From contig SHMW01000009.1 in NCBI GenBank assembly GCA_008080735.1, forward strand, positions 28,117 through 92,116: a DNA stretch of 64,000 nucleotides. Reading direction: 5' to 3'. Positions 60,391 through 64,000 of this stretch are shown piece by piece; the stretch's first letter is position 1, and each line of letters opens with the position of its first letter. The stretch is from Promethearchaeota archaeon (GTDB lineage Archaea; Asgardarchaeota; Lokiarchaeia; Sigyniarchaeales; SOKP01). The translations under genes and the position numbers were made by a program. The notes below the pieces were generated by a model that saw only the letters and a program-made list of their open reading frames with translations, was not told where the DNA came from and searched no databases.

Positions 60391-63300
60391 TTAGGTTTCG
60401 TCGCTTATAACGGACAATATATAGCTATCGAATATCCCTTCTTCAGTTTTCACAATAATTTCTAATTCCGTACCTATTATTAGTGTCTGATTGACAGCAA
60501 ATGACAAGATAGCTACATCTTGGGGTCCTAATGTAGAAGTACCGTATGTAAGAGAGATATTTTCTACGCCCAAAGATTCATTATCAAATGATATAAGATC
60601 TTGACTAGTTAAGTTCAAATTGAGTGTTCCATTTCCCACATTCTTAATGAGCACTTGACCTAATGAATTATTATTGATATAGGTTGTATCATAGCCATTT
60701 ATCTCGTCCAATATTGACAAATCGGCGGTTTTATTCATTAAATGGAAAAATCCTATATCTGACGCAACTGTGCCTTCATATACACCAATGGGTCTAACCC
60801 CAATCTCATCATTCAAACCAAAATAGCCTGAACTTATATTAATTACTATGCCAACTTGTTCATTGGGCAGAATATAGTCAAAATCATGAGTGAAGTTATA
60901 ATCGCTTTCCGGAATGGTATCTATATCCGGAAAATTGCCTTCAAATATATCTATGGAGCTGAGATAGAATCCACGGTTTCCGGTATTTTTTAATTCAAAA
61001 GTAATTGACACTGTACCATCATTATTTAAATAGGCAGACGCCGATTCAGTAGAATTAATAAATATTCTTGTAGAGAGATTAGTTTGACTTAATAACTCTG
61101 GAGCACTATATCGTGATTGCGGGGATATTATCAACCCATATTCCTCATCTTCAATTATACGATTAGCTGTAAAGATAGTTTCGTCTTTTATTCCATTACG
61201 CGTGATTATTCCTAATTCCCTGATTCCTTCTACAGGGTCTGAAAATGATATCGAAGGGTCTGATAGTTTTACTCTGGCAGATTGCCCAGGCTCAAGAATA
61301 GATGAACCGCTGAGAAATTCAACTGTCGAGAATGTATTACCAATAGAATTAACATAGAAATCATCAAGAACTACGGGGCTATCGCCAATATTCTCAACTT
61401 CGATATAAGCTTCACTTTGATCAGTTGTTTGATCATAGATCAATTGACTATTTTCTCTATTTATTCTTACAGCTCCCTCTTCAGCTTCTCTCACGAAGAA
61501 ATTACTGGTTGAATTGGAAAAGGTATATGTTCCCCCTCCTATAGCTGTTACCGTAATGTTCACGGTATCATCCACTTCAAATCCAGATCCAGTATCGATC
61601 CAGACGATATCTTCTTCATCCTCAGAGATGATATTATCATTGATCGACGAGCCCATAGTAAAATTTTTAGGTACACCATTGACAGACACATTAGTGATTT
61701 CTAATTCTTCGGAGCCAATATTTTCCAGCTTGAATGTTCCATACCCTGTGTCAAAGATCTTAGGTTCATCTATTCTAAATTTAGATTCTAAAGGAGTATA
61801 GTCAACTTTAAACAATTTTACTAAGCCATTACTCGAGAAATGCTCCACTGAAAAGATTTGAGAAGCTTGATGGTTAATTTTTTCTATTTCCGATTTCCAG
61901 GTATCTCCATCGTTATCCCTATTATTAGATATCGTAGAGATATAATGTTGAATAAGTGACCCCTCTGGATAAGTGTCTGAAGGATCTGAGGTTGGAACCC
62001 CCCACGTCAGGAGCCTAACCAGAGTTGATTGGAACCATTTATCCTTATACTTACCGTCTGTCTGATTCACATAATCGCTTTCTAAAAACACAGAATTCTC
62101 TGCCCAATTATCTTGCACTAATCCCTTTTTGATATATGTTTCATAGTGATTATTTGGTATTCGAACCATCCATTGCCATTTACCCTCATCTCCACCTAAA
62201 CCATCATAAAAATATCCAAAATACACTAATACATATTCCGCATGGAGTTCTTTTAACATTTGAGCACTATAAATCTCATCAGTCTGCATTAGAGCGATTC
62301 CGGTCATTCCATCTTTCCAAACCCTAATATTTGAGTTATCATTAACTGTGGTTACATTCCCTATCGGAGTCAACCAATAGCCATAATCCCACCAGCTTAC
62401 GACAACAGTCTCTCCTGGTAAATTAGTTCTCATCCAAGTTAGAGAATCTTCCCAGTCGTGGAGAACCCCTCCAGGGACAAGTTGAGAATATGATAATTGT
62501 GAGGTTGCTAAATCTGTCGCATGGACTACTTGTGAAATACATAAAAATCCAACTAAAAAGTATACCGCATATATTTCACCTTTCCCAATAGTTTTTCTTC
62601 TACGTAAAAGCTTTTTCCTTCTTCTGCGAATCTCAACCTTCTGCTCCTTATAAAAGCTTCCGAATATTTTTAGAATATTTACTAGGCCATAAGCACCAAG
62701 AAGGGCGGCCGCAGGGGCAAAAAGTAAGATAATCCTCACCATACTACCCGTAAAATAAAAAATTGTAATGAGAAACACAATCATAAAAATATCGGCGGCA
62801 ATATAGCGCTTAAAACAAAAATATATACCCAATGGTAGTATCATTAACGGGATTAAAATATTATAGTAAATACTACTCCACGTACTTGGTGTATGCTCCG
62901 CAACGCTGGCTACAAACGCAACTTGATTTCGAATAAGCGGATTAAGAATACTTTGAAATTTAGTACCAAATCCAAAAGGTATTATATCTGGTACGGTGTA
63001 AATTATCACTGCTAACACAATAGCAGCGGGAATAACCCCCCATTTTATCAAATTCATAATACTATTATATAATTTGGGCCTTTCGTTCCTTTGTGTGTAT
63101 AAGATATGATATATGATAAGTAAGCCCGTAAATAGAATCAGTCCTCCAATATCGATACTTGTAAAAAGATCATCGAATTTAAAATTTACAAATAATGCGG
63201 ATATAAATAGACCAGTGCCTTGAACTCCAGCATATGCAATAAGCACATTCGCATTATATTTATTTAGTAATATTAAGAAAAATACAACGATTGGAATTAT

Positions 63301-63975
63301 GTAAAAAACATATTGATACCCACCCCAAGATAATCCTAAATAACCAGAAAAAACACCACCCAATATTGAATAAGTTATTCTCCCAGTACGGATCGCTTTT
63401 AAAAAAAATAAAAATGTCATAAGAACTGCAAAGACTCCAATAGTTTCGTTATCGAAGAAACCCGCAACTGTTCTCTGCATATGTCCCGGACTAAACGTCA
63501 AAAAAAAGGCTGCAAATAATCCACATCTACGATCCAATACTTCTTTCCCCAGAAAGTACATAGCTAATACAGTGAGTCCCCCCATTATTGCAGGAAAGAA
63601 ATAGCATAGATCATATAAAGAGATTGGAAAGCCAAGAAAATGGAAAATATTATAAACTCCAACAATGGTAAAAGTTAATCCTGGTCTTAGGGTGTATCTC
63701 GCTATTCCTTCAGGATACCAACTTTTATAATCAAACCAGTGGAAATAATCATAGATCGAATGAGTTGACAAAAATTCCGCATTATAATATTGAATCCATG
63801 GATCGAAAGCTTTTATCAAGCGATTATCATGAATAATAGGGGAGAGTCGAATTAATATCGCGATTAGAACAACTAAAAAAACCGCGAGAAAAAATAATAT
63901 ATTTCGTTTTTTAACAGTTAAACTAGCGCTGACTCGGTCGCGGAAATTTTGTAAAGATCGATAAACCTTAGACAT
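60391..63975 (-). CDS. aglB: oligosaccharyltransferase AglB/STT3 with long C-terminal Ig-like extension
   Basis: FDPW, DNE, SVAEH, WWDYG and DEGKWQWMVRI. Confidence 0.93.
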   Translation of the reverse strand: MSKVYRSLQNFRDRVSASLTVKKRNILFFLAVFLVVLIAILIRLSPIIHDNRLIKAFDPWIQYYNAEFLSTHSIYDYFHWFDYKSWYPEGIARYTLRPGLTFTIVGVYNIFHFLGFPISLYDLCYFFPAIMGGLTVLAMYFLGKEVLDRRCGLFAAFFLTFSPGHMQRTVAGFFDNETIGVFAVLMTFLFFLKAIRTGRITYSILGGVFSGYLGLSWGGYQYVFYIIPIVVFFLILLNKYNANVLIAYAGVQGTGLFISALFVNFKFDDLFTSIDIGGLILFTGLLIIYHILYTQRNERPKLYNSIMNLIKWGVIPAAIVLAVIIYTVPDIIPFGFGTKFQSILNPLIRNQVAFVASVAEHTPSTWSSIYYNILIPLMILPLGIYFCFKRYIAADIFMIVFLITIFYFTGSMVRIILLFAPAAALLGAYGLVNILKIFGSFYKEQKVEIRRRRKKLLRRRKTIGKGEIYAVYFLVGFLCISQVVHATDLATSQLSYSQLVPGGVLHDWEDSLTWMRTNLPGETVVVSWWDYGYWLTPIGNVTTVNDNSNIRVWKDGMTGIALMQTDEIYSAQMLKELHAEYVLVYFGYFYDGLGGDEGKWQWMVRIPNNHYETYIKKGLVQDNWAENSVFLESDYVNQTDGKYKDKWFQSTLVRLLTWGVPTSDPSDTYPEGSLIQHYISTISNNRDNDGDTWKSEIEKINHQASQIFSVEHFSSNGLVKLFKVDYTPLESKFRIDEPKIFDTGYGTFKLENIGSEELEITNVSVNGVPKNFTMGSSINDNIISEDEEDIVWIDTGSGFEVDDTVNITVTAIGGGTYTFSNSTSNFFVREAEEGAVRINRENSQLIYDQTTDQSEAYIEVENIGDSPVVLDDFYVNSIGNTFSTVEFLSGSSILEPGQSARVKLSDPSISFSDPVEGIRELGIITRNGIKDETIFTANRIIEDEEYGLIISPQSRYSAPELLSQTNLSTRIFINSTESASAYLNNDGTVSITFELKNTGNRGFYLSSIDIFEGNFPDIDTIPESDYNFTHDFDYILPNEQVGIVINISSGYFGLNDEIGVRPIGVYEGTVASDIGFFHLMNKTADLSILDEINGYDTTYINNNSLGQVLIKNVGNGTLNLNLTSQDLISFDNESLGVENISLTYGTSTLGPQDVAILSFAVNQTLIIGTELEIIVKTEEGIFDSYILSVISDET

Positions 63976-64000
63976 ATGAGATATAATGAATTAATTAAAA

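Noticed and set aside
3161-62327. Numerous short antisense or overlapping ORFs in the track (e.g. 3161..3532, 18493..18762, 32869..33309, 42656..42910, 58485..58844)
   Set aside because: They lie opposite or within well-supported genes and have shadow-ORF composition.
1-64000. rRNA, tRNA, CRISPR array or transposase/integrase genes
   Set aside because: No cloverleaf/T-loop signature, no regularly spaced repeats and no recombinase motifs were seen by eye.

Overview
AT-rich archaeal chromosomal window, most likely from an Asgard archaeon (Lokiarchaeia-like). That call is an inference from Rpo7, TFB, aEF-2, aIF5B, a class I CCA enzyme, Taw1 and AglB occurring alongside eukaryotic-signature proteins: two roadblock proteins, two longin-like proteins, and Rab-like and Arf/Rag-like GTPases. 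Most of the window is housekeeping or metabolic (acs, apgM, ald, uvrA/uvrB, transporters, hydrolases). Points of interest: (i) a rearranged region at 2.2-4.7 kb, where a 1.7-kb piece of host genes cut mid-gene at both ends sits between TTAGGAA/TTCCTAA inverted motifs and a TAACTT direct repeat inside a decayed minus-strand ORF; (ii) a family of stand-alone 7TM proteins paired with polyprenol-kinase-like genes or a longin-like gene; (iii) probable ATT start codons on small-GTPase genes; (iv) a 1235-aa pseudo-GTPase/alpha-solenoid protein; (v) Taw1 with an inserted winged-helix domain; (vi) a CoA-transferase-GNAT fusion divergent from acs; (vii) AglB with a long Ig-like tail. I saw no rRNA, tRNA, CRISPR array or transposase. 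All assignments come from reading motifs by eye; no database search was run.
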